DNA from: Hamiltosporidium tvaerminnensis FI-OER-3-3
Lineage: Eukaryota; Fungi; Microsporidia
Assembly: GCA_022605425.2 (NCBI GenBank)
Contig: CM061256.1
Location: 186,001 to 250,000, forward strand
Reading direction: 5' to 3'
Length of the DNA stretch: 64,000 bases
Shown piece by piece: positions 37,050 to 49,923 of the stretch. Numbering within the stretch: position 1 is the stretch's first letter; each line of letters opens with the position of its first letter. Under the pieces are notes generated by a model. That model was not told the DNA's origin. It worked only from the letters and a program-made list of their open reading frames with translations, and made no database searches. The translations under genes and the position numbers were made by a program.

Positions 37050-37560
37050 ATCGGTTTTTTCAGTCTTTTAAGATACATATTATGGTATTTGTCATAATAG
37101 CATCCAAGGTTATCATATAAGGTATTATCTCAACAATACACTTATAAATAAGACCTAAAACATTTGCGAATGGGTCATATTTTTTAAGTTTTTCTGTCTA
37201 AACTGTTTGGATTAAATTCTGTAACGTAATTTCTACCTTAAGGATAGTTATCTGATCCACCCTTTTTTCAAAATAAAAAAACTTAGTCTAAAATTTCAAA
37301 TTTTAACAAAAGTTTGTATTCTAGTGCTCACCCTGATTCCGGTATATTCGTTATCAAAAATTTCTTGAGAAAATTATATTCTTATTCGTTTTAAAGACTT
37401 AGATTTGTATCTAATTAGTAAGAGTTAATGTGCATTGTGCCATTTTATTATGCTGTAGGGTGAAGACATGCACGAGAATTTTAATATAGAAGCATTAAAT
37501 AATCTACCGCTTTAAAATGACTGGGACTGTATTGAAAGTTTACTTCTGTACCAATATAAT
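37050..37560 (-). mobile_element. Degenerate R4/Dong-type LINE fragment (endonuclease region)
   Basis: TATGGTATTTGTCA...ATTATCTCAACA.TACACTTATAAATAAG...GGTCATA...TTATCAA.AATTTCTTGA aligns with ~18640-19130. Confidence 0.8.
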
Positions 37561-38566
37561 ATTGATAATCGCATGAAATATTTTTTTTGTGAAATATACA
37601 ATATAATGTGTATTATAATCCATGCTTGTAATTTTGTAAAATAGTAGACACTACCTTAATTTTTTTTTATTTTAAAATTGTTTTCTGAGGATTAATGTCC
37701 TATTTTAAGACGAATCACCTCTCACATTACATTATGTCAGCTTAAAAACTTTAACCTCGACATAAGTTATAATAAGATTATCACAAATGCTTAATGATAT
37801 GCGGATCTTAGAATAATTATGTTTATACCTTTTTAGAGTAACGGAAATGCTTTCTTCTTAGAGTAAATTTAATTCTTTTGCACGAATTAAAGAATTTTTT
37901 TGAGCTAAATAACTTCAACGTTTTTTTTACAAAATCAAAAAAATGAAATTTAGAAAATAAATAAAAAAATCATATTAAGAAAAATTTGAAACTTACAACA
38001 CCATAAAAAAAGGGTATAATTTTAATTTATTTTTATTTTATTTCATTGCTTTGTACCTTCTTTCTGATGTTTCTATTTCGTTTAATATAACACTTTTCTA
38101 TATTATACTAAAAATATAAAAAATAAGAGCTAAGTTACCAACGCTCGCTTTCTATTTAAAGCTTAAAAATATTTTTAACCTTTGTATTTGTATGTATTTA
38201 CCCGGTTTTACAATCAGACAAGCAAGTATAATAATGATAACCGAGGGGGACTGAATGAAATATCAATAAAAATTATATAAATTTTTAGTAAGAAAATCTT
38301 CTAAAAACTAGCTTATAGAATATTAGAGTCTGAGGGAAACCGGAGATAAAAAATTTTGCTTTTAATTACAAAAAGACATATGTAGGGTATAGCCAATGGC
38401 ATATTAATTAGAGCTTTTTATTTTTTGACAGGAAGAAAGGATATAATACGATACATTTAACAATCAAAGCTTCTTTATATTAGAAATTAACATTGAAACG
38501 TGTATAATGTTTTCTTTCTGGTAACATGTAAACCTCGTGCAATTTATATTTTAAAAAATATCACGA

Positions 38567-38801
38567 TTCCCCATCATCCGAGAGCAGAATTGGCTTGCAG
38601 TATTCTCTGCTTGTCATAAGAGGCAACTAAAAGGAACAGATCCACCGTGTTTGGGTTAGGCGTAGGGCTAACAACCCACTTTTTAAACCATCTTGTTACC
38701 AAACTCGATAAGTAAACAAACCCCTAGAAAAAGACCGGATGGCGGTTTACTAAGGGAGACCAAGGCTCGCACAGGGCTGTAGTGCCAAAAATGAAAGAAT
38801 G
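38567..38801 (+). mobile_element. SINE family 1 (RTE-derived), copy 1
   Basis: GCAGAATTG..GTATTCTCTGCTTGTC.TAAGAGGC.ACTAAAAG...GGCGTAGGGCTAACAACCCAC...CAAGGCTCGCACAGGGCTGTAGTGCCA plus an ATGAA tail (RTE-like 3' end). Imperfect TSD AAAAATATCACGA / AAAAACATCACAA. Confidence 0.8.
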
Positions 38802-40689
38802 AAAAACATCACAAATAATTTAAATTGTATCTTTGAAAATTTAAAATTTTTTATTCAAGAACATCGATTTATAAAATTTAAACATAATAATACGGGTTTT
38901 ACATCAAATGATATTTTGAAATCTGAACATAATTTGAATATACTATAGACATGTGTTTTCTTAGCTATATTCATTAAATATACTTTCTATTGTTTATAAA
39001 AAAAAGACTTGGCTTAATCTCCTGCTTTGAAAGTATACTACACCTTTTATTTTTCAGCCTTGTAAATTTTATTTGTAATACTAAAATTTTTAACCTGCCA
39101 GTAAAATTTTGTCGCTGAAACATAACACCCCCAGAACTTTCATTAATTTTTTTATAGAGTAGCGAAATATTCAAGCATTTAATATTAAAAATATATAGGA
39201 TTAATTTTTTTTGCTATAACCATAAAATTTGAATTAATCATGTTAGTACAAAAAATCTGATTATTGTTTTGATCAAAATTTTATAACTCTAATATTATAT
39301 CAATTGGCTTAGCAGCTGAAATCTATATATAAATATTTTTCATAAGAATTAAATACATTTACATTCTTTCGTTTACAAAATAAATATAAAACACGATACT
39401 TTTGAAATAAAATTATATATTTGGATTTATTAAAGTGTTATATATAATATTTCTTTTGAAATTATTTGATACTTACGAAAAAACTTTCATGAATAAATTG
39501 CAGCTGCATATTTGAATAATAATTAAAGAAAAAATTCTCATATTCAAAAACAACATAACACCTAGAAAAATAAGTTCTAAAATATACATAAAATTTAAAA
39601 TATTCTCAAAGTATTAACGTCTCAAGAGAATAATTGTATTTATTAAGGAATAAACAATATATTTAACTGAACAAGCGATCCTGAATTCTGCCTTATGATT
39701 TTCGCATAGATCATTAGGGTTTTCAAATTTTTTCGTCCTTAAATGTATATAAGTCATTTTGAAATTAAATTCATTATTTTTTTAATAAAATTTGAATTGA
39801 ATTATTTAAGACAAAATAGAGAAAAATCACGGTTTATTTTTTTATACATAAACAGAATCAACCGTATCTTCCTAATTACCTTTACATACCAACTTAAGTT
39901 TTTAAGTGAACGATTCCAACAACCATTGAAATCTAATTTATATTAAAAAGACCTAAGCTAAGCCCCAAGTCAAAATTTAGAAGATGTGTCTAATATAAGC
40001 CGGTCAAATAAATGGGAAAGCCTTGAAATGACGTAGGTTAAAATGGAGGTATATAGAGCTAGTCTCGAATGAATCTTAAATATTTGGAATGAATTTAAAA
40101 ATATTTCCTTTTAGAAAATGTATTTTCAACAAAAACATTTCTAATAAATGTCGTATTTTATCGAGTTCAACCCTGTCCACAAATAAAAAAAAGCTGTAAT
40201 AAAATGCCATCGCCTTAGCCTTAAACTAATATTTAAAATTAAAATTTAAAATTTTTCATCGTTTCAATTAGATTCTCATATTCTATATGCTTGTTTTAGG
40301 AAGAATTTCTTACTAAAAATTTACATAAATTTTGTTGTTATTTTATTCTGTCCCTCCGTTGTTCTTGATTGCATCCCCTTGTTAAATTGGGGTAAATGCT
40401 GCTAATATATTTGATAAAAAAAATATGTGTTTTTGTAGACCTTTTTTAGCGCGTATTTTAGTAACCTAGGTCTTTTTTCTTAATTTTTTTTATAATTTTT
40501 ATACTTTTTATAATTTTTATATTTTAAAACTTTGATAAAAATACAAAAGAGTGCGTTTCAAAGGAAAATTAAAAAAAACCAGCGAGTAGAAAAATATATA
40601 AAAAAATGGAATGAAAGAAAAATACATTGAATTCCAAAGTGTTTCTATTTAGGTGGTAATTTTTCTTAATTTGATTTTTTTTGATGGAT

Positions 40690-43600
40690 TACTTTCTTAT
40701 TCCAGTTCTCTTGTAACTCTCAGTGTTGAGAATCAACAAATAGAAAATCAAAATATTCTGTAGCTGGTCAATGCCTTGGCATTTTCCTGGAATATTTCTT
40801 TTTAGGGGAAGGCCGATTTCAATGAGTCAAAAAATTTCAGTCTTGGTCTTCATCTTGGTCGTTAGCTCTTGCGCCTTGCTATAGATGTTCGTTATAGGAC
40901 TTGTAAATTTTGCATTCTGCTCATATGTCTGAACAAGAACAATTTTTTCCTATCCATTTTACCTAATAACGAGTCCGTTTGACACACTGCGTGATCGTCT
41001 GCTTTCTGATTCGATCTCTTCTATTTTTCCTTAGCATAAGTCTCAAGAATCTCATTTTAGTGCCTTGTATTCTGCTACATCTGTTTAATGAGAGGGTTCA
41101 TGATTCACAACTATATGGCAGAGAAGGAACATAAATGGCGAAGTAGTATACCGCCGTTTTTAATAATTTTTTTTTCTTGCCTAAAAATGCTATATTAATT
41201 GCTTATACAATCTTCTAGTGGCCGATATTCTGGCGTTAAAATCTTTATCAGGTCTTCCATCGGAACTTATAGTTGTTCCAAGGTATTTAACACTTCAACT
41301 TGTTTTAAAGAGATTTTTCAAATCCAATAAAGGGCTTCGTGTAGTTTTTAAGTATTTAATTTTTCTGTTTTGGTTTTATCTATCCTCAATTTTCTTTTTC
41401 TTAGCTCTACATTTATAATTTCTAGATTTTCTTGCAAATCTTGTTGTAAGTTGTAAAGCAAAACTAGTTTATCGGCCTATGTTAATACTGTCAACTCAAT
41501 CGCGGCCTTGGATCAATTTCTTACCTTAAAATGTGTAGTTCTGTGTTTGCATTTCATTATTATATCGTATATAAAAATGATAAATAAAAAAATCTGAGTA
41601 TTTCTCCTTATCATACACCAGAAAATTTGATAAATTCCTCTGGAGCTGATTTCCCAGTTCTAACATAGTTTCTGCAGGTCTTATAGAAGTTTTGTTTTCG
41701 TTTGAAAATAATATTTTCTACGCCTCTTTTGAGTGAAGCCAGCCAAATCTAAGACCACTGCGCACTATAAAATGATTTCTCTGGATTTAAGAAGCAGGTG
41801 TGAATTTCATTACCATTATAGATTATCTTCTCTGTCAACTTCCGTATTGTAAAAATTAGATCCTAGGTGCGTCGTTTGTTTCAGAACTCACATCGCCCTT
41901 CTTCCAAAAGATATTATACCTGCCTCTTGGATCTTTCTGTCCGTATCCTTAAGTATATTTTTCCAGGAAGACTTTGTAAGGCCATTCCAGGTGGTTCTGA
42001 CAACTTCTGTCATCTCGTTCTTGTATATTTGAAGCTATTAGAGCTACTTTCCAGTCTCTCGGTATAGAGGCTTGCCTCCAAGCTATTCATATAACATTTA
42101 AAACGAGGTTTCATCTCTTTTTTCAAATATTTAAAATTCGAAAGCTATAGCATCATGCCTTGAAGCTTTACCAATCTTCATCTTTCTAAAGCTTCCCTAA
42201 ATTCAGTCTCGGTTATTTAATCCTGTTTTCTTTATTTTTAGACTTATTATCATTGTTGTTAATCCCTGATTTACGATCTTTTAAACTGGAATTTAACAAT
42301 TCGTGAAAGTATTCTCTTTTCTTTGCCATAACCCGTTTTTCATATCCTAAAAGTTCCCTTTCTTTGCTTAGGACAAATTTTAAAGGACAGTCTTTGGTAT
42401 TTCTCATTTCGTAAAACCTAGTATATGAGTTTTTGATTTTCTGATAAATTTTCTTCCAAAAACCATCCGAACTCATCCCAGGCTTGCTTTTTTCGCTTAT
42501 CTGACCAAGTTCTTAACTTTGCTTCGTTGGTTTTTGTAATCTAAATAATTCTCCTCTGATCTGTTCCTGAATATTCATTCAAACTAGTCTTCTTTTCTTT
42601 AATTTCTGTATTTATAAATTCAAACCACCATCTTGTCGGCTTGAAATTTTTTCCATTAGATTTATATTTCCCACAGACTGCTTCTGCTATATTCAGTATT
42701 GTTGTCTCAAAGAAACCACAGGCCTTTTTCAGGTCCTATACTTTAGCTTTTTACTTAAAGATTTTACTTTTTCACTGATCAGATCTTTGAAACGGGTTAG
42801 GTTCTCTTTTATGTTTAATTCAGCGATTGTTATTTTTTTTTGTGATTTTTTATATTTCTGCATTTCTTCTTCTTTCTGTCTTTTTGTATATAGTATAGTT
42901 TTATCAGAACTAGTAAATGATAGTCGCTTCAATTTCCGAGCCTCTCATTACCCTAGAGTCTCTGCATTTTTTATGGTCACTTCTTTTTACCATTATGTAA
43001 TCGATTATAGACTTTTCGTTTCTTGAAGGTCCGGCTCTAGTAAATTCATGCATCTCTTTGTGTAAGAAGGTTGTGTTGGCAGAAATCATGTCATTCGCTA
43101 TAAAATTTTGTACCAACTTAGTTCCTTATTATTTCAGAATCTTTCCCCGAATATGCCTATCACTCTTTCTGTATTTTCTTGTTTGTTACCTACTCTGCCA
43201 CTGAAGTCTTATAGTATCATAAAATTTATTTTGATTTTATTAATTTTAGCATAGAACAGTTCATAAAATCCCACCTAAATCTCTTTCGATTCGTCCTCAT
43301 TTGATGCATAGACTACCACCAGAGTTATATCGAATTTATTTTCTTTTATTTTTAAACTCATTATTCTTTCATATATAAAATTTCACTCACATATGTTATT
43401 CACTTCGTTTCTATGAATCAGAAATCAAACTCCGGCTTTTCTTTTTGACTTGTTGGAACACCGGAATACAAAGAAGAAAACCATTTTTGATATTTTCGGT
43501 ACACTTTTCTTTCTTTTTGGTTTCAGTCAATGCGAGATATTATTATTTTGTTTCGCTTAATAAATCAACAAGTTCTTCTGTTTTTCACATTAAGCCTCTT

Positions 43601-43890
43601 AGATTCCATGTTTAATGGATTATAGTTTTTTTGATGCCAAGTCATTAGTTTTCTTTTTATTTCGTTTTGTTCGTATTTATTTCTTTTTCTCTGTTAAATT
43701 TCAGGATTACAGGGGATTTGCCCGTAGATCCCTAGCTTCGTGAAAGGAATGCCTTCTGAAGCTCAAACCTGCAATTCATTGGTAGTATTGTGCCACCGTA
43801 AGTGGGTACCTACTCCCGCGGCGAAGAGGTGACTACCAGGAATTACCCGGGTAGGTTCAAAGTAGATGTCTTTGGATTCCTTTGATCCAA
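40690..43890 (-). mobile_element. Decayed APE-endonuclease/RT LINE (RTE clade-like)
   Basis: Minus-strand remnants TWNLRGL (~43600), ALTETKK, VVVYAS, DFSGRVG and SIIDYIMV (APE domain); RT region fragments including a degraded ADD-like site (~41475) and KYLG (~41280). Many stops and frameshifts. Boundaries are approximate. Confidence 0.8.
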
Positions 43891-44387
43891 GAGGCTTTTT
43901 GATAAATCAGAATTTTTTTAATTATGTTTTAATTATTTTCTTTACCTTTTTTTACTCTTTTTAAATAATTTTCAATATATTTTTTAATTTTTTTTTAATT
44001 CATTTGAAAAATTTTGCGTTCAAATTTTACTTTTTTATATAAATCCTTTAATCTCAAACAAAATAATCTTTCCATCGCTAAAAGTCGTTTCCCATCAATA
44101 AAAAAAAACACAATTACAATTTTTTGAAATCAATTTCATTGTGCAGATGTAATAACCTGCTGATTTTACTTTTAGCAAGAGCAAAATTCAGTAGGGGGAA
44201 CAAAATAGCGGGTGTGGAGTGTTTTTTTAAGATACGACAATAATTGTTCACAATTTATTTATAATAGAAAACTATCAATTAAAGAAATTACGGAATAAAT
44301 TCAATTTGAAACGTTTTTTAATCAAAAATAAATTAAAATAATTGCGATAAAAGTATAAAAAGACAGAGTATCTAATAATTATAATAA

Positions 44388-44698
44388 ATGAAAATGTTTT
44401 TTTCTATAGCTTATTGTTCTTACGTATTAAATTCTGTTGAGAGAAACCAAGGAAAGGATATAATAGAAACACATAAAACACTTGAATTGTTTGTAAATGA
44501 ACCAAGTAAAGATTTATTGAATTTGTAATGACACATCGATTAAAGAATTATATGGATAATCTAAAAGCTAGAAATACACATAATGATCAAGATTTAATAC
44601 CTAAAAATACAGGAGAGGCTAAAAAATACAAGCCGAATCAAAAAGTAAAGGTGAAAGTTGATCCAGGAATACTACATCGGTATTTTTTTAACATCTAA
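44388..44698 (+). pseudogene. Probable small secreted-protein pseudogene, possible paralog of 36041-36367
   Basis: ATG plus a hydrophobic start, frameshifted in a T-run. NEPSKDLL resembles NMPSRELL, and the C-terminal ILHRYFF resembles IIKRIFY. Confidence 0.35.
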
Positions 44699-45097
44699 AA
44701 AACACATCCTTTTAATATTTTATTTCTTGTACTTCGGGTTTTCTAAAAATCATCGAAATATTATATTTAAAATTGTTTACTCTGTAGAAAATATTTTAAT
44801 CCACGAGATTAATTCAGAATAAAAGAGTTTATTTTGAATTATATGGTTTTTTTTAAGAAATGCAAAAAATTGTAAATAAAAAGAGATGTGTTAATTTCTT
44901 TTAAAATAAATTATATAAACAAATGTGAAAAAATAATTCATTATATTAAGTTTACAAATGTTTTTCGCTGAAAGCATTTAAAAACAACAATTTTAGCACA
45001 AAATACATTGTATTTTAATATTAAAACACTCACACAAATAAAAAACTGGTTAATTTTATGAATTAATTATAAAAATATATGTTTTTTGACTATTTTT

Positions 45098-45806
45098 GTG
45101 GAGGGAGGATAACCACATAAAAAACTTTCTGCTTGGCAATGAGTGTCTAAAACTGGTGTGAGGTCATTATTTGGATTTTTGGTAGGAATAAAACCACACT
45201 ACATCTTAGGTTGTTCCATGGGAGTTGTTATGAAGGGGAGAGGTCTGAGAAATGGTGAAACTTTTTCTACAAATTTATTTGTAGTTTTTTATGTAACCAG
45301 ATTGCAGACCGCAGCTAAACTTGTAGGTAATTGCCATGTAAAAGCATGGAAACCTAGCCTTGCTCACTCGGGTTAGAAAACTTGGCGCCTGGGAGATATA
45401 AAACGAAAAACCATTTAAAGCCAGGAAGCTATGTAGCAGGTTATACCTGTTGGTATGAGATTGCACTGTCTAGGTGGACCCATGTAAGTCTTTGAAATAT
45501 ATCTTAGCTAGAAGTTTTTTGGGTTCAGAAAGTGTAGAGTAAGTGGGAATGCTGCATAGTCTTGGGGGAGCCCAGGGGGGCTTCGGCCTTCGATCACACT
45601 CCATGCAACGGACATTAACGAACTCCGGGCAACTGCCTCGCCTATTAATTAGGTTCTACACACCTGGTAGATGAAAGGCTTTGGGACCTAGGTATCGCAG
45701 GGGTTACCGATGGAGTGTTGGGGTAGCAGTCATTTATGTTAAACCTAGAACTGCGTTAATGTCATAAAAACAAATATAACACTTGCCACTATTTTAAAAA
45801 GATGTG
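45098..45806 (+). mobile_element. Unclassified ~700-bp dispersed repeat, copy D
   Basis: Well-preserved copy with GGC-TTCG-GCC, CTACAAAT-TT-ATTTGTAG and AGCAGGT-TAT-ACCTGTT hairpins. Confidence 0.88.
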
Positions 45807-47240
45807 ATATTTTTAAATAAAGTGAATATTTATTTTGGATAATACATACACAACGCTTCTGGATTTAGATTAAAAAAATATATGGAAAGATCTAAATATA
45901 TAACCAAAAAAAGAACCAATTTATACATAAACTTGAAATTATTTATGTTCGAAGGAAGGCAAAACAATAAAAAAGATTTGAATGTTCTATTTTATTATAA
46001 TTAATGTATAAGTTTCGCATAAAAATTTAAGGAGATTTTGATAATGATATAATGTTATTTATGCAAAATGAAAGCAATCTAAATATTAAATATATTAGAA
46101 ATAATTATTTTTTAAAAAAATCAAGCTTGTATTATAACTTTATGACGTCTTTTCTAAGAATTTGGTATAATATATGACGAAGAAAGAAAATACCCGTCGA
46201 TTCTAATGCCAAAGGAAAAAGCTCTAATTCCTAAAAAAATCGCATGTTTTATTAAAAACTTTATAAAAGTTTTCAAATTTTACTAATTCGTATACTTTCA
46301 CAACAATATTACCAATATGCAAAGCAATAGTTTATTATTTCTGGGAAATCGATTTTAGAATCGATATAAACTTATTTATATCTTACCGTATCAAATATTA
46401 AATTAAAATTTTTACAATTTTATATGTTCTTTTATATTCTTTCGATATCTATGATAGATTATATTAAGCCACAAATGTCTTCTTTATTAGATTTGATGAA
46501 TAAAAATGCATGGAATTTTTTTATTATCGAATTTAAATCATTCAGTAGGTTCATTTAATATTCTATGATCTCATAGAAATTGTATTTTTCTAATTTTCAA
46601 TTAAAACATTTAAAATCAGAAATTTCCAAAGAAACATAGGTGTATTTGTGCTTTTAAATACTAAAAGTACACAAATATATGTCAAGACACTATATTGATA
46701 TAAGAAAAAAAATAGCTCAAGACAAAATATATTTGGTGTGAGAAAAGAAATCTTTAAATAAGACAACGTAAAATAAGGAGAAAGACGAATATCCACGATA
46801 TACCTATTTAATCTACATGTCAATTACTAAGGAAGATTTAAACACTCTTATAAATACTTATTTTACTTTCAATTTTAGATAAAACTGCGAAATTATAATT
46901 TTTTTTCTTAATCAAAAAATTTTTCAAATTTAAAAGCCGGAAGAAATTAAAAAGAGAAAGGTTATACAGTGTAAAAAAAAGAAACAAAAAACCTGCTTTC
47001 TTGTTCAACTATAATCTATCATAACATAATATGAATTCATTAATTATCTTAACCCTATATTTTAAAAAGAAAGCAAGATTGAATGACAATGAAATTAAAT
47101 AAAAAAACTTTCTTACAAAATTAATATGTAGATTAAATGTGTTGTTATAACTCGAGTTAAACTTTATAAAGGAAATCCGATAATTTAAATTTTTCTTGGG
47201 TATTTGCAATTATTTATGACCTTTTAATGCCCAAAGTAAA

Positions 47241-47933
47241 ATATTTATTAGATAAATTTCTGGGTTAAAATCGTTTTACGATTTTTATGCATTTTCTTCT
47301 ACCTCTTTTACAACAGTTGATTCTTCTTCCAAATCCGACTCTTCAATTATATTTATCGTCGGTTCCTCCAACGTGGTTCCTTTTTCTGAAATATGGAATA
47401 TATTATTTTTCTTATTTTCTGTTTTAACACCATCTTCCTCTCTACTTGCTTCTTTTAAAGAAGGTGTTGTTTCCTCATGCATCTCAGCTGTCATAATAAC
47501 ACACATTGACGCTCTCTCCATGCTCTCTTCGGCATTTGGTTCCGACTCAAGTCCTTTTTGTCGATCAAAAAAAATTGTTTCGACTGTCTTCTTAAGTACT
47601 ATAGACTGAATGTATCTCCTACATTCTTGGGTATTTCTAGTCTTTTAATATGAGATTAATGATATTTTGTCACAATACCGTCCCAGGTCATTACATAAGA
47701 GATTATCTCAACACTACACTTACAAATAAGACTCAAATCATTGGCTAGCAGGTCATACTTCCTAAGTTTTTTTGTTTCAACTATTTGAAGTGAATCCTGG
47801 GAAGTGATTCCTACTTCAATGAGTGTTATTTTATTCTTCTTCTTATCTAAAATAAATATGACGAGTCCGTTATTCCGAATTTTAACATCAGTTTTCATTC
47901 TGATGTCCACCTTTATCTCTGCATACTCATTAT
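47241..47933 (-). mobile_element. 5'-truncated R4/Dong-type LINE copy with 11-bp TSD
   Basis: Near-identical to 18245-18927. Flanked by CCCAAAGTAAA at 47230-47240 and 47934-47944. Confidence 0.9.
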
Positions 47934-49169
47934 CCCAAAGTAAATAAAAATATATTAGAATCATATAGATCGGCTTGAAAAATTTAGGTATTTGGTTCTC
48001 TGAGGCTTTAACCAATCTTTTAAGTATTACTTAAAATTATAACATAGAAAATTGGCAGGTTTTTAATTCTTTGGTTTTACATGAACCAACTTAAATCAGA
48101 CCAAAGAAAAATTTTATCTTTACACTGCATTTTTCAAAAAATTCTTATTAAAGTTAGGATTTATAAAAGTCTGCACAGTTCCAAACGATTTATAAGTAAA
48201 TAAATTGTTAGCAAAGAATGATACCTCGATCTAAAGGTCTATCCGAGTTCGAACTGTGCGAATAAATATAATCTCAGGTTTGAATTGGGCTAAAACATCG
48301 ACTTATAAGCTAGTAAGCTAGTAATCTTTCAAAATGACGTAATACGGAGAAAATAAAAGTTTCATTGATAGTCGATGTTTTCATATGTTTATTGTACATT
48401 ACAAATCATAAAAGTTGAATCGTTAAAACTCCTGTATAATCGGCTTACATCTAATGAAAAGTTGTTAAAGATACTTTAGTACTAATATAAATGACATCAG
48501 AATAAAGTGTTTAAGAATCGTCATCTATATTCGCACAATCAATATAAATTTATATAAAAGCTATTTTTAAGTCATATTGTAAATGCTTATTTGATATTTG
48601 ATACCTGTAAATAAAATAATATACCAGAACAGAAGCTGATAGATATTACAAAAACGAGTCTAAAGAAATTATTATAGAAAAAAAAATTATGCTATTGACA
48701 TTGAAATCAACTGCTATGAAAGAGTTTATTTTAAAATCATAGAACATAGGAACTAGAGTTATGCTGTAACTGATGCCTATAATTTAAAAAATACAATGCT
48801 ACAATTTTTTTTAGTAAATATAATTGCGCATCAATTGTGAATCAAAAGATTAAATTTATCCGAAACTTTTAATATCTAAAAATTAGAATTAAGTATACAA
48901 TTGAGGTTTAAAAGAGAATGGAAACAATTTTTATTCATGGAAAATAAAAAATTGAGTAGAAATATACCAGGTCAGGTTTGAAAAAAAACGAAACATAAAA
49001 CAAATATTTTGTGAACAAAAAATTTATTAGGCTCATTTAAATACCAATAGCTAAAAGTAACGTTACTAACTTACTTATAGTCCTCTTTTACCTCTCGGTG
49101 TTGAGGATGAACAAATGAAAAACTTTCATTTGTTTCTTTTAATCCGTTGTAACTCGAAATTATAGCGGA

Positions 49170-49287
49170 TTGGCCTAAGGATCTATTGTGTTTTATATCA
49201 TACAAATTGGCTACAATGATCTTAAACTATTTAAATACACTCATTTCCAAGCAGAAAATTTTTAATGTGGTTATCTTTCCTTTACCT
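49170..49287 (-). mobile_element. End fragment of the ~700-bp repeat
   Basis: ACACTCATTTCCAAGCAGAAAATTTTTAATGTGGTTATC matches 31838-31875. Confidence 0.7.
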
Positions 49288-49923
49288 GAAGGTAGTGTTA
49301 ACTTTAAAAAAATTTAAGGCAAAAATTTTAAATAGCTAATAGATGCTTCACAAAATATTTTTTTCAAGCATACATGAACAATAAAACAAATAATATGAAT
49401 GAAAATATCATTAAGGCGGTTTAAAATCGCTGTGAAAATGCCGTAATGGCATCAATATGTAATTTATTGTGAAATATCTGTATAAAACGATTTTTTTGGT
49501 TATGATGTAAATAAAAAAAAGTTGAAAATTTCATTAATCATCTTATATTAGCTTTTTAGAATAAATTGATTTAATATCTTTAAATCTAAATAGAAAGATC
49601 TTAAGTTTTTCTGATTGAATACATACTTTGATAATCAATGCATCAGAATTTCATTTGTAACTGGAAATATTTTTTTATGGTTTTTACGATACGAAAAATT
49701 ACTTTTATATGAAATTTACTCGAACGAAGAAAATTAACGATATAAATTTTTTTAAAATACTAAAACTCAAGATATAATCAATCTTTGGCATGGAAAAGGT
49801 AAAGTGATGTTCAATTAAACATTGGAGATCGAATTTAAGTAAAATTTAACTGTTTATTTTTCCACACACTCGATGCCTAATTAAAAAAATCAAAAGTAAA
49901 TACGAGTAAATTAAAAATATATA

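Noticed and set aside
45098-45120. Twister-like GTGGAGGG at the 5' end and TAACACTTGCC at the 3' end of the ~700-bp repeat
   Set aside because: The essential P4/L4 block (CCGGUCCCAAGCCCGG-like) is absent from all copies.
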